A DNA stretch of 63,820 nt, counting the filler, from Sphaerodactylus townsendi (taxonomy: Eukaryota): NCBI RefSeq assembly GCF_021028975.2. It is 3 parts of 3 records of this genome, joined end to end, with 100 filler letters (N's around TTAATTAATTAA, not from the genome) between each part and the next. Parts side by side here need not be neighbours in the genome. Positions count along the whole stretch, not along the records: positions 16,330 to 46,217 come from NC_059427.1; positions 46,318 to 63,820 come from NC_059439.1; 1 more part is not named here. One strand, 5' to 3'. The translations under genes and the position numbers were made by a program. This document shows, in pieces, positions 40,400-51,162 of the stretch. The notes beneath the pieces are model-generated. The model worked only from the letters and a program-made list of their open reading frames with translations. It had not been told where the DNA came from and did not search any database. Each line of letters begins with the position of its first letter. Within the stretch, counting starts at the first letter, position 1.

Positions 40400-40508
40400 C
40401 TTGAGAGTGGCTTCATCTCCAATGATGAGAGCAAGCAAAAGCTGATACCCATAATGACCATCTTGCTTGAAGAACTGAATGCCACTGGCAAATGCACTCT
40501 GCCAATAG
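40400..40508 (+). CDS. NPRL2: NPRL2 coding exon 4
   Basis: [36 protein letters not shown]. Confidence 0.96.
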
Positions 40509-41607
40509 GTAGCATTAACAGTCACATGGCTGAACAATATTCCTTTTTAGATACTAGTGGGTTTGGAAGATGGGAGCCTGGACATTCTGTGTAGGGGAGC
40601 ATTTCTTGTGTTGTATGAGCCCTCCTCTTCTTATCAAGAGTATTATGAGGTGACAGTGGTGTTGCCACCTTGGAATTTGATGATCCTCAGGAATTGGGAG
40701 GAAGTAGCAACTTAATGATGAATTCCATCAGCCCAACTCCTCCTATGATTTTGTTACAAAGAACATTGTGCTGCAGCCCTGCCTGAAAAGATGCCTTAAG
40801 CAAGTTCTTGCTACGTGAAACACATTCCTTTCTCACCAACAGTACTGTGCCTGTCATGATTAGTATTGTCAGAAAAAAGGAGGTGCTGCTGTTTCTCCTG
40901 GTTGTGAAATCTGAATGAAGAATATCCAGTGCTTCAGATAATAGTAAAATAAGTTAACCCCCTTCCACTCTTATGCATGGCCTGTCTACATCTAGAGTCA
41001 CTGGGAAGAGTCTTGCTCCTACCATCTGCTTTTGGCGATACAACTGACTGCTCTTGAGCTGACAAACAAACAGCAAATCAAGACTTCGAAGAATTCAGCT
41101 TTGCCTTTTTGGGGTGTGTAGAAATAATTAGTAAGACAAGGAGGGCAGATTAGTGATTGAATGCTGAAATCAAGCCTGGGGAGACCTGGGTTCATAAAAT
41201 TCACTGAGTGACTCTGGGCCTGTTACACTCACTCAACCTAACCAACTGTGCTGATTTGTGCAGGAGATGGAGAAGTATATCTAATGATAGAGAAGTATAT
41301 CCACCACCAGATAAACTCCTTGGAGGTTTGGTACACATTTTTTACGCTCAGATACTTGTGAAGTGGAACTAGTTTGTGAATGTAGGACAGGTCAGAGTTG
41401 CAAAGTGCAGCCAGAGCACCACACATTCCCAGCTTGTTATGGAATATTTTCTGCCCAAAAATACTCACGAACAAGGCGGTCAGCAGTAAACAGTTTATTG
41501 AAGTCACGGCTGCAGTCACGGAGAGACATATCAAGCTGAGGGGAGCTACTTGTGAACCTTTCGCCAAATAATATGTAAATCCAATCCTGCTCTCTTCCTT
41601 TTGACAG

Positions 41608-41744
41608 ATGAATCAAACACCATTCACCTGAAAGTGATAGAGCAACGCCCAGATCCCCCTATTGTGCAGGAATATGATGTTCCTGTTTTTACCCAAGATA
41701 AGGATGACTTCTTCAATTCCCAGTGGGACCTCACCACTCAGCAG
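41608..41744 (+). CDS. NPRL2: NPRL2 coding exon 5
   Basis: [28 protein letters not shown]...SQWDLTTQQ. Confidence 0.96.
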
Positions 41745-41934
41745 GTTTGTTCATACAGCTGTGAGTACATCTGGGCTGCAAACTTGTTTAACACAAGAAT
41801 GCCAATTCTGGTGTCAGCATAGATGAGTTCGTTTCCAAAAAAAAAGCTACTGTAACAATCACCAAGAAAGTAATCCTGCTTCGCGAAGTTTTTTGTGAGA
41901 TAGTCTGCCCAACGGGTCAGATTACAACTATGAA

Positions 41935-42079
41935 GATGCAGTCAGCTCTGATACAGTCAACTCTGATGCAGACTGTCACAGGTGCCCACCCAGGAGGATG
42001 CAGTCAGCTCTGATACAGTCAACTCTGATGCAGACTGTCACAGGTGCCCACCCAGGAGGATGCAGTCAGCTCTGATACA
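41935..42079. repeat. 62-bp tandem repeat, 2.3 copies
   Basis: Unit starts at 41935, 41997 and 42059. Confidence 0.9.
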
Positions 42080-42505
42080 TATTTACTTAGCAATAAGTTG
42101 TCATTAATTAAATGGGATTTACTTATAAGTAAGTATGCATGGAATTGCCACCTTATTCCTAGGGTTCAGTTGGGTAGGACATGTGAGTACATTTTTTTCC
42201 TTAAAGGATATGCTTGCTTTCCTATTAACTGAATCATTTTCTCACTGACAATTGCTTGGTACTCTATGGGAAGAGTGTTCCTCAGAATTTGAGCTGTGAG
42301 AATAGTCTCCAAAATTTGTGGAATTCTGAACTTCCATAATTGATGAAATCTGTTTTTGGTGTTACAGTTTAAATATTTTCACCACCTTTTCACATTGTAA
42401 GGAGAAATAGGGAAGAGCACAACATTCATTTGCAGGCAGCCAGCATGGGGAAAGCATCTGGAGACTCATCTCTGTACATAAAAGGTGTAATGTGATCCTC
42501 TAAGC

Positions 42506-42636
42506 CAGCGGTGTCCAACTCTGGTGCTTCAGATGTTCATGGACTACAATTCCCATCAGCCAATTGGCCATGCCAGCAGGGACTGATGGGAATTGTATTC
42601 CGTGAACATCTGAAGCACCAGAGTTGGACACCTCTG
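42506..42636. mobile_element. hAT/Charlie-like palindromic MITE
   Basis: Inverted arms; TSD CTCTAAGC/CCCTAAGC. Confidence 0.88.
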
Positions 42637-42941
42637 CCCTAAGCAGTTGTCTGCAAATTGTCTTAAACATTCACTCATCCACCATATTTTTCATGTTTTA
42701 ATCATGTAATTACCTGAGTCTGACATCCCCATTGTTGCACTAGAACGATCATATGTTGATAAAGTCTTTTAAGAAGCCACCCAGTGTGAGCTCTAATTTT
42801 ACTCAGGCCTTCTCTGTTGGCTTGCCAGTCTTCCAGTTATCAAACTTATTTGCTTTGTCTTCCTTGCATAGCTAGTGAAAAGTATCCTTTACCCTTGTCT
42901 GCTTGGCTTTGCCTAGCATCATATACACCCTCTCTTCCTAG

Positions 42942-43040
<99 letters not shown>

Positions 43041-43589
43041 TAAGTGTCCAGTGACAAATCAGGGATGAAAAGGGTGGGGGGAGTTTTGGGCCTCCTTACA
43101 AATTAGAATCCCTCACTGATCAGAATTTTATGACCTTTCAGAATGAGCATTCTCTAGTCACATATTCTTTTTAGCTTTGTCTTTAGTAGCTTTCCTTTAC
43201 AAGCAAAATAACCTGCATTTTCAGTACAAACATTTGTAAATGTATCTGAAAAACTGGGTCACTGAAGTTTCTTTTCTTTGCATGTTCAGATCACAGTTCT
43301 TTCACATTCTGACTATAATTAGTTTTATAGGCCACGCTTCTCCATAAGGGCTCAGTGCAGCTTACGACATGTACAAGCACAATAAAAATCAATCAAATCA
43401 ATAATATACTTAAGACAATTCGATGACATTCTGAGACTTGAGAGATAACACACCAATAACTTCCCATACCACACTAAATCTCATCAATAGGGAGGAAATA
43501 AGATGGGGGAGAAGGGTAAAAGGGAGACTAGCTAGATAGACACCATTGCATTCCACAACCATCCAGGCATTCCTCCCATTGGGCAAAGT

Positions 43590-44901
43590 GTGGGCGCCCT
43601 GGGCAACTTTTGTTTTGTATTTTCAGTGTTTCTCTGTTTTTGGCCTGCAGAGGGTGCAGTTTTTAGGCTAGCAGCACCAAAATTTCAGGGATGTTTTGGA
43701 AGACTCTCCTGATGCTAGCACCCAGGTTTGGTGTGGTTTGGTTCAGGGAGTCCCAAGTTATGGACTCCAAAAGGGTATGCCCCATCCCCCATTGTTTCCA
43801 ATGGGAGCTAATAGGAGATAAGGCTATAGCTTTGAGGGTCCATAACTTTGGATCCCCTGAACCAAACTTCACCAACCTGGGAGGTATCATCAGGAGAGTC
43901 TCTTACTGATACCACCCAGGTTTTGTGAAGTTTGGTTCAGGGGGTTCAAAGCTATGGACTCCCAAAGGGGGTGCCCCATTACCCACTGTTTCCAATGGGA
44001 GCTAACAGAAGATGGGGGCTACACATTTGAGGGTCCATAACCTTGGACCCCCTGAACCAAACTTCACCAAACCTGGGTGGTATTATAGGAGAGTCTCCTA
44101 AAGATACCTTGAATGTTTGGTGCTGTTAGCTTAACAATTGCACCCCTGAGAGCAGGCACCCGCCAAATTTCCCCAGATTTTCCTTTTGAACCCCCTCCCC
44201 TTTGGCATGGATTTAAAGGGAGAATGTGAAGTCCCCAGTTTAAACATTGAAAGTGATGCTGTTTCAGGGTGGGGAGAATCAACCCCAACATAGCATCACT
44301 GTCAATGTGTTTAAACTGGGAACCCCAGATTCTCCCTTTAAGGTGGATTTAAAAGGAGAATCTGGGCTCCCTAGTTTAAACATCATTGAAAATGATGCTG
44401 TTTGGGGGTGGATTCCATAATCACTTGTTTAAACTAGGGAGCCCAGATTGTCCTTTTAAATCCACCTTAAAGGGAGAATCTGGGGTTCCCAGTTTAAATA
44501 TCATTGAAAGTGATGCTGTTTCCTCCAATTGGGGGGACTGGATACAACACCATAAAATGTTTTCATAGCAGTAATAAAATATTTTGAAAGCATTTTGAAA
44601 AATGTTTTCAAAAAATTATTCCTGCTGTGTGGCATGGCCTATTGCTGAGTTCAGATTTGTGAGTTGGGGCATGTCTTATGTGATGGTGACTTTGAAACGA
44701 CCTGGTGTAAAAAATCATTGCTTGGTTACAGTGGGGGAGGGCGGCTGCCCATGGGGAGGGCGCAAAACTCCAGTTTGCCTAGATACGCCACTGGGCGTAG
44801 CTACAAGGGGGCCGGGGGGGGTGCACGTTGCACCGGGCACGCGCCTGGGGGGCATCAAACAGGTTTTGCCCAGGGCTCTAGTTTGCCTAGTTATGCCACT
44901 G
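43590..44901. mobile_element. Long non-autonomous hAT-like element with internal inverted units, plus an abutting short MITE
   Basis: Two right-end motifs ending GCCACTG at 44793 and 44901; alternating inverted internal units. Confidence 0.7.
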
Positions 44902-45862
44902 CAACCATCGACTTGGTGGAATAGCTCCGTCTTGCAGACCTTTGGCTATTGTTAGTACCAAATAAATATTTTTAAAGCATGACAATGAAAAGTATTTGTT
45001 ATTCTGAAGAGATCATTCTGAGCTATGGGGTAATTTTTTACTTTTTTTTCAAAATATTACATGTAAATGCTGTGTGCCAGTATGATAACAACATCAGTCT
45101 TTATGAAGGGGGGAAAACATAGATTTATGAAACTCTTTGAAATTATTCTATCAGTGAGCCAACCTCAGGCCATATTTAGAGCACATAGTGGTGGTGGTAA
45201 GTGCCTCCAGGGCACAGCTGACTTATGATGACCCCATAAAGTTTTCATGGCAAGAGACATTAAGAGCATTGCTATTGCCTGCTTCTGCATAGTAACCGTG
45301 GACTTCCTCTATGGACTCCCATCCAAATACTAACCACGAATGATCCTGCTGTCAAGAACTGACAAGTCTGGGTTTGGCCGGGCAATTTGGGTTAGGGCAT
45401 TTTGGGCATAACTTGTGCTAAAAGTTCAGCCCAGGAACTGCTGCTCAGTGTTAGGGCTCAGAACTGAACCATGTAAAACAGTAATAAAGAAAAGGTACCT
45501 CTGAACATGCACAGACGTCCCTCCCGTCTATTTGCCACAAGAATCCCAGTCTTGTCTGAGATAAAGGGAAAACGTGGTAAATTTCAAGTTATAGCCCTAG
45601 CGTTTCTTTTAGAAATTTAGATGTGGTTTTCTTTGAGAATTACAGACATTCTGCAGTGCCTCAACCAGTATACTTGCTATAAGCATCGATCTTGTCTTCA
45701 TGCCATGGCTTCCAAATACTCATCACAAAATTGCTGCATGATTTATACAAAAATCATATCAGATAAAGATTGTACACCAAAATAATGTACATGATTTTGA
45801 AACACCATCAATATAATGTGTTGGTGTGGAAGTTAATTTCTGATGGGTTTCATATTTTCCAG

Positions 45863-45899
45863 ATACTATGGAATAGTGACTCTTGTTTCCATACTTCAG
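45863..45899 (+). CDS. NPRL2: NPRL2 coding exon 7 (gene continues beyond the contig end)
   Basis: YYGIVTLVSILQ; ttttccag / gtgagt. Confidence 0.94.
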
Positions 45900-46217
45900 G
45901 TGAGTAGTGAATAGATGGCTGAACAACTTTGGGTAATTGGGGCCCATAATGCATGTAACACGTACCTTGGGGCTCTTCACTGTGTAGTGGAGTTTTAGTG
46001 GGTCTCCTCATGTTTCTCTGTTTACACATAAGGTGGCATGTTTCTCATGTTTAGTGGGTCTCCTCATGTTTCTCTGTTTACACATAAGGTGGCATCCCAC
46101 TGCCTGCTGCCAGTCTGCTTTTCCTAGTTCTCTTAACTCCACCCATCAATTCACTCTTAGGCAGATTCCGCTTGGGCCAAAAACAGCGGTATGAAAACCG
46201 TGTGAAAACGGTGTAAA

Positions 46218-46317
46218 NNNNNNNNNNNNNNNNNNNNNNNNNNNNNNNNNNNNNNNNNNNNTTAATTAATTAANNNNNNNNNNNNNNNNNNNNNNNNNNN
46301 NNNNNNNNNNNNNNNNN
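46218..46317. other. Artificial contig spacer
   Basis: 44 N + TTAATTAATTAA + 44 N. Confidence 0.97.
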
Positions 46318-46323
46318 CACGGC
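46318..46323 (-). CDS. PDZD11: PDZD11 coding exon 5, first two codons only (truncated by spacer)
   Basis: ccttcttcctgcag|GCC GTG = AV, the residues expected after ...IEHSK. Confidence 0.7.
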
Positions 46324-46799
46324 CTGCAGGAAGAAGGATAAAGGGAACGGTCACAAGAAGCAGTATGAGGCCAGAACCATCACCAGCCCCTATGCAGAAA
46401 AGCTCTTAAGATGGTCGTCTTAAAATATAGAACTCGTGAAGAGGCCCTGCATTGGCCAACAAGTTTCAGAAAGCTGAGGCACACTTAAAAGTATGCTAAT
46501 TGTGAACAACTGGTGGTTGAAAAGTGCTGAGAGGGGGAAAAGACAAACGGGTGACCTTTTGACCATTCAAAAAGGTATGCTGAGGAACATGAGGTTTGCA
46601 TGGACGACTGTCCTGTACGATTGGTGCTGCACTAACTAGAAGAATTAGGACAGATTGGATGAAAAAGCTGGGTGGATCCAACCTGTGATGTGCAATTTGT
46701 TTCAATATAGTCTGCCATATTTTTATTTGTATGCTGTTTTGTAAGGCTTTTATGATGTGTTTTAATTGATATTTTAGCTTGTACACCACCCTTTGCTAT

Positions 46800-47165
46800 A
46801 TGCAGCGAGAATTTAATGCTGTGCAAACGAAGTGCTAAAAGATTGTGCTTTTGTAACGATAGTTCAGTTGAATTTTGGATACCAAACACCAATTACTTGC
46901 TGCCTTTCAGATTCAAGGAAATCAGATCCAAGTATGTGAATCTTACTCCTTTACATTTACCCGATCTCCCCGATTTATTTAGATTACACTACTTGTTGGA
47001 CAACCCTGATCCTTCTCTCTGTATGATAGTGGCAGACTTTCTCCTGGAAATTACTAAATGCCAGTAGATTTCCTTTGTCCTAACATGTATATCCTGTATT
47101 GTATATGCTTTTTAATCTGTTTTTATTATTGTTGTACTGCTGCCTATGCCAATAAAGGCATGCTT
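46800..47165 (+). mobile_element. Non-LTR retrotransposon 3' end (RTE-X-like; clade uncertain)
   Basis: RLCFC...VE...LL..F.EIR.KY zinc-knuckle-like C-terminus, then AATAAA. Confidence 0.5.
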
Positions 47166-47379
47166 CAAGAATTGTACACCACCCAGAGCCCTTCGGGGAT
47201 GGGCGGTATAATTAATAAGCAAACAAACAAATCTCTCAATGAACCAGATTATTTCCTCCTTGGAACCCAGGGCAGCATTCCGCCCCAGGCAGTCTCAAGC
47301 ACAGACCAGACACTGGTTAGCTAAACTCCAGCAAGGATGATGCATTGAGTGCCTTTAAAACCATTTCCTGGAATTAAGA

Positions 47380-48030
47380 GGCATGCCAGCCGGTGAACTA
47401 GCATGGTGGTTAGAGAAATGCTTTAGCCAGTCGGCCGGGGAGTGAGGGGGAGAAAAAGCAGGTGTAGAGAAATTGAGTCTATCATTTTAAATTTCTCTAT
47501 TTTGGTAGCTTGTTTGGCTAAGTGTAGAGCCCCAGCTGTAGAGCATGTTCCCTTTAGTTAGGACTCAAATGATTAACACCTGTTAGCAACTTTTGATTTT
47601 TGCCAAGCTGACTCAGCTAATTATCAAGAAAGAATGATTGGTCCGTTTACATCAGCTGACAGACAATTTCTGTATAATTTGCCTTTCAGCAGTTCATTAG
47701 TTTATCTCTCTCTTTCTATACCTCTTTATGCTTGCTGTTGCTCAGTTTGTAAACTCTGCCTGTTATCTATCTATGTTTTAGGTTGTTAATCTCTGCCAGG
47801 GAATATTGTTTGTCACAGTTAAGTGTTTAGTCTCTGCTTGCATTTCGTTGTAACAAACCTACGCTACTGGAAATTTTAAGTTATTGTTTTCACTTTAACT
47901 TTTGCATTTTCAGTTTATTGAGCAGGTGCAGAACTCAATAAACATCCATATATATTTTTCCAAGAACCGTTTTGTTTTCAGTGATTTTTTTGCACGCTAA
48001 ATGACAAAATCCCAACCCACGTTTCTAATG
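47380..48030 (+). mobile_element. Possible solo LTR
   Basis: ATTGG, TATA-like and AATAAA in LTR-like order; no TSD confirmed. Confidence 0.3.
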
Positions 48031-48142
48031 AAAAAGTGGCAGGAAGCCAGCTCTTCCGTTACAGCAGGGTTTAAAGGTTTAAAATAAATAAATCCTGCCC
48101 CCACAAAGGACAAGGCTTCCAGTAGTGAGGACAACCCTTCAC

Positions 48143-48241
48143 CTTGCTATGCTCAATATCCTGGAAGTCCACATCATTCACAGCCAGGACTTGGTCTCCT
48201 TCCTGCAGGCCAGCTCGATGGGCGTCTGAATCTGGGATCAC
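48143..48241 (-). CDS. PDZD11: PDZD11 coding exon 4
   Basis: VIPDSDAHRAGLQEGDQVLAVNDVDFQDIEHSK (PDZ domain). Confidence 0.96.
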
Positions 48242-48658
48242 CTGAAAGCAGGAAAGGTATCGTGAGCAGAGCCACCACAGCAATGGCAGGGCTGCCACTA
48301 AGTCTCTTGGGCATCTTGAGCATAGGAGTCCCCGCCAGTTGCCCACCTCACCATCCTGCTAAGATCACGCCCAGATGCCCAACTCCCCTGGCACTTGAAC
48401 CAATAACCAAAGAGAAAGAATTAGAGCCATGTTGTAGGGACTCTGAAACTGGAAGGGATAGAGATACAGTTTGGGGGAAAAAAGTTAAACTACAGCTTCC
48501 TAAATGGGCAAAGAAGTAAACCTTTCATTTGTCCAGAGCATTTGTAGTAGCACAGGACTCAAGCTTTAAAAATCAACGAATGAAGCCATTATTAATGGCT
48601 GGCTGTGGAAGTAGCAGGACTAGTCAGTCACACGATGGAGTCAAAGAAATCCACAAAC

Positions 48659-48715
48659 CTTTGAGATGAAGATGCCAAGCTGAGAAGCTTTTCCTCCGCG
48701 GATATTAAAGCCCAG
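48659..48715 (-). CDS. PDZD11: PDZD11 coding exon 3
   Basis: LGFNIRGGKASQLGIFISK. Confidence 0.96.
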
Positions 48716-48846
48716 CTACAAAAGAGAATGGGTGAAAATGTTCTCACATAGGAATTGTCGGGCATTCTAATTAACAAAGCAGAATAATCACACCAGCAAA
48801 TGCAAAACCTTTCCCTGCTGCCTGAGTCAGGCCCCCCGAATCGTAC

Positions 48847-48930
48847 CTGAGCCCCAGGTGGCTTCTTCAGCACAATTGTGCGGGGCAGGAATTGGGTCAG
48901 CTCGTTGTTATAATCCGAATGGTAGATTCT
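48847..48930 (-). CDS. PDZD11: PDZD11 coding exon 2
   Basis: RIYHSDYNNELTQFLPRTIVLKKPPGAQ. Confidence 0.96.
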
Positions 48931-49025
48931 CTAGGGGGGAAAATTAACATGAATGCCACAGTTAAAGCCATAGCGGAAACCTTAGGCAGGTAGTCTTCAT
49001 CCTACTACAACTACACTATGCCCTC

Positions 49026-49154
49026 GGTCCCTTCCGCACATGCAGAATAATGCATTTTTAATCCACTTCCACAATTGTTTGCAAGTGGATTTTGCTGTTC
49101 TGCATAGTAAAATCCAGCTGCAAAGTGCATTATTCTGCATGTGCGGAAGGGGCC
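49026..49154. mobile_element. PIF/Harbinger-like palindromic MITE
   Basis: CCCTTCCGCACATGCAGAATAATGCA ... TGCATTATTCTGCATGTGCGGAAGGG; related copy at 56195-56330. Confidence 0.8.
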
Positions 49155-49309
49155 CTAGTTCTGCTCTAAGAAGGCTGGGTAGAAGTCAGAAGGAATTGCT
49201 GGAAGGATGCATGTAAAATGCAATGGAAACTCCAAACAAGGACTCTGACCTGATCTTCTGCTGCTATCAGAGAGTCATCGTAAGCAAAGCAGTGCCTGCA
49301 GCTACGCAC

Positions 49310-49408
49310 CTCATGAGGAGGGATCCACACCGGGGGGCTCTCGTAGGGAGGGAGGAATACCACCGGGTAATCATCATATGCAAGACGGCCGCCTCCTCCA
49401 CCGTCCAT
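49310..49408 (-). CDS. PDZD11: PDZD11 coding exon 1
   Basis: MDGGGGGRLAYDDYPVVFLPPYESPPVWIPPHE. Confidence 0.95.
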
Positions 49409-49499
49409 TCTGGAAGTCCGTGTAAGCCGGAGAGGCCCGCTTGCTCCTGCCACTCAAAGGAAGCCACCCAACAGGTGCTGCCGCCGCTGCTGGTCAACC

Positions 49500-50030
49500 A
49501 CTGGCGGAACCGGCCCACCTCTGGGCAGGGAGTGGCGGCTGAAGCTCAGGTTCCAAAGCCCAAGCAAAGTCTTCTCTTCCTCCTTCTCCTCCAATCAGAA
49601 CGCTCGGTCGCAGCGCGCAACCAATCAGAAGGAGCGACAGCCAAATCTCTCTGGGAAAGGGCAGCCTGCCTGGGGAAAGGCGGTCCCCGGCGGGTGCTGT
49701 TCTCGATGCTCTGATTGGCTGACACGACACGACACGACGCGGCGGGGCGGGACATCGATGACATGGGCGGGGCCCCTCTCTGACATGCTCCCTCAAGACG
49801 GAAGCCGACCCGCGCACAAAGAAGCTCGCTTCTTCCAGGCGCGCGTCGTGACGTCACCGTCGCCTTCTCCATTGGCCTCTTATTCTGTCCCCCCTGGCGA
49901 GGGCGTGACGTTGCTCGTTACCCGGATGAGCGCGGAGCGTTTGAATGTTGGAAGTTGAAGCGGCGGCTGAAGTCGGGAGGGGAGACCGAGCAACGGCGGC
50001 GGGTGGCGGCTCCGTGAGGAGAAAAGACGT
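49500..50030. promoter_or_regulatory. PDZD11/KIF4A bidirectional CpG-island promoter
   Basis: CCAAT at 49591 and 49621, ATTGG at about 49714 and 49871, GC boxes, CRE TGACGTCA 49849-49856, CDE/CHR CGCGG-agcg-TTTGAA 49931-49945. Confidence 0.88.
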
Positions 50031-50046
50031 TGGGGTGTGTCTGGTG

Positions 50047-50047
<1 letters not shown>

Positions 50048-50081
<34 letters not shown>
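50048..50081. repeat. (GT)n microsatellite
   Basis: Seen directly. Confidence 0.95.
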
Positions 50082-50085
<4 letters not shown>

Positions 50086-50337
50086 TGTTGAAAGCCCCCT
50101 TTTAATAAGGGAGGGGGGAGGCGAATTTCTTCTGAACCCCTCCCCCCCCTCCGTGGCCGCCAGTTCGCTTCCCATTGTGGGACTTTCGCCGCCTATTTGG
50201 GCTTTTAGGGTGGGGTGGGGTGGGGTGGGGGGAGGGAAGAGAGGAAACCTTTTAAGGTTCTGGAATTAAACCACGATGATGATAATAATAATATACAACT
50301 TCCTAGGCCTCTGGGTGAGGCTCGAATTGTAATGAAG

Positions 50338-50687
50338 GCAGTGGAGCAGCAGTGGCGTAGGAGGTTAAGAGCTCGTGTATCTAATCTGGAGGAACCGGGT
50401 TTGATTCCCAGCTCTGCCGCCTGAGCTGTGTGGAGGCTTCTCTGGGGAATTCAGGTTAGCCTGGGCACTCCCACACATGCCAGCTGGGTGACCTTGGGCT
50501 AGTCACAGCTTCTCGGAGCTCTCTCAGCCCCACCTACCTCACAGGGTGCTTGTTGTGAGGGGGGAAGGGCAAGGAGGTTGTAAGCCCCTTTGAGTCTCCT
50601 ACAGGAGAGAAAGGGGGGATATAACTCCTCCTCCTCCTCTTCTTCTTCCTCCTCTTCTTCCTCTTCCTCTTCTTCCTCTTCTTCTTC

Positions 50688-50690
<3 letters not shown>
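50338..50690 (+). mobile_element. tRNA-derived SINE (Sauria/Squam3-like) with (TCC/TTC)n tail
   Basis: A-box-like GTGGCGTAGGAGGTTAAGAG, B-box-like GGTTTGATTCCC, body GGGTGACCTTGGGCTAGTCACAG. Confidence 0.85.
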
Positions 50691-50720
<30 letters not shown>

Positions 50721-50929
50721 ACAACTTCCTAGGCCTCTGGGTGAGGCTTGAATTGTAATGAGGGCCGACAACCAGCTAAAGATCTGACAGCTGTGAAATC
50801 TACAATAATAATAATACTTAATAACAACAACTTCCTAGGCCTCTGGGTGAGGCTCGAATTGTAATGAAGGCCGACAACCAGCTAAAGATCTGGCAGCTGT
50901 GAAATCTATTATCATCACCATCATCATGG

Positions 50930-51162
50930 TTATTAGGGTGTTGTGGGTTCCAGTAGCATTTTCTGCTGACGCTTTGCCTGCACCTGTCATCTTCAGGGGC
51001 CAAATGCAGATGCTCTGAAGATGCCAGCCACAGATGCAGGTGACACGTCAGGAGAAGATACTACTACATGGCCATACAATACTAAATAAATACTACACGG
51101 CCATACAACCCGGGAAATTCACAACACCCTAGTGATTCCGGCCGTGAAAGCCTTTGACAATA
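50930..51162. mobile_element. Penelope-like inverted fragment pair with degenerate hammerhead motifs
   Basis: CTGAAGATGCCAGCCACAGATGCAGGTGACACGTCAGGAG on +, decayed copy on -. Confidence 0.7.

Noticed and set aside
41935-42079. Possible CRISPR-like array (also 50282-50910)
   Set aside because: Vertebrate intron; units are identical tandem copies without unique spacers; no cas genes
45863-48241. Apparent novel NPRL2-PDZD11/KIF4A linkage or gene truncations
   Set aside because: The junction is a synthetic N-TTAATTAATTAA-N spacer, not genomic sequence
50338-50420. tRNA gene
   Set aside because: tRNA-like boxes continue into a SINE body present in several copies
50499-50771. Poly-Ile/poly-Glu ORF
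   Set aside because: Translation of (AAT)n and (TTC/TCC)n SINE-tail microsatellites
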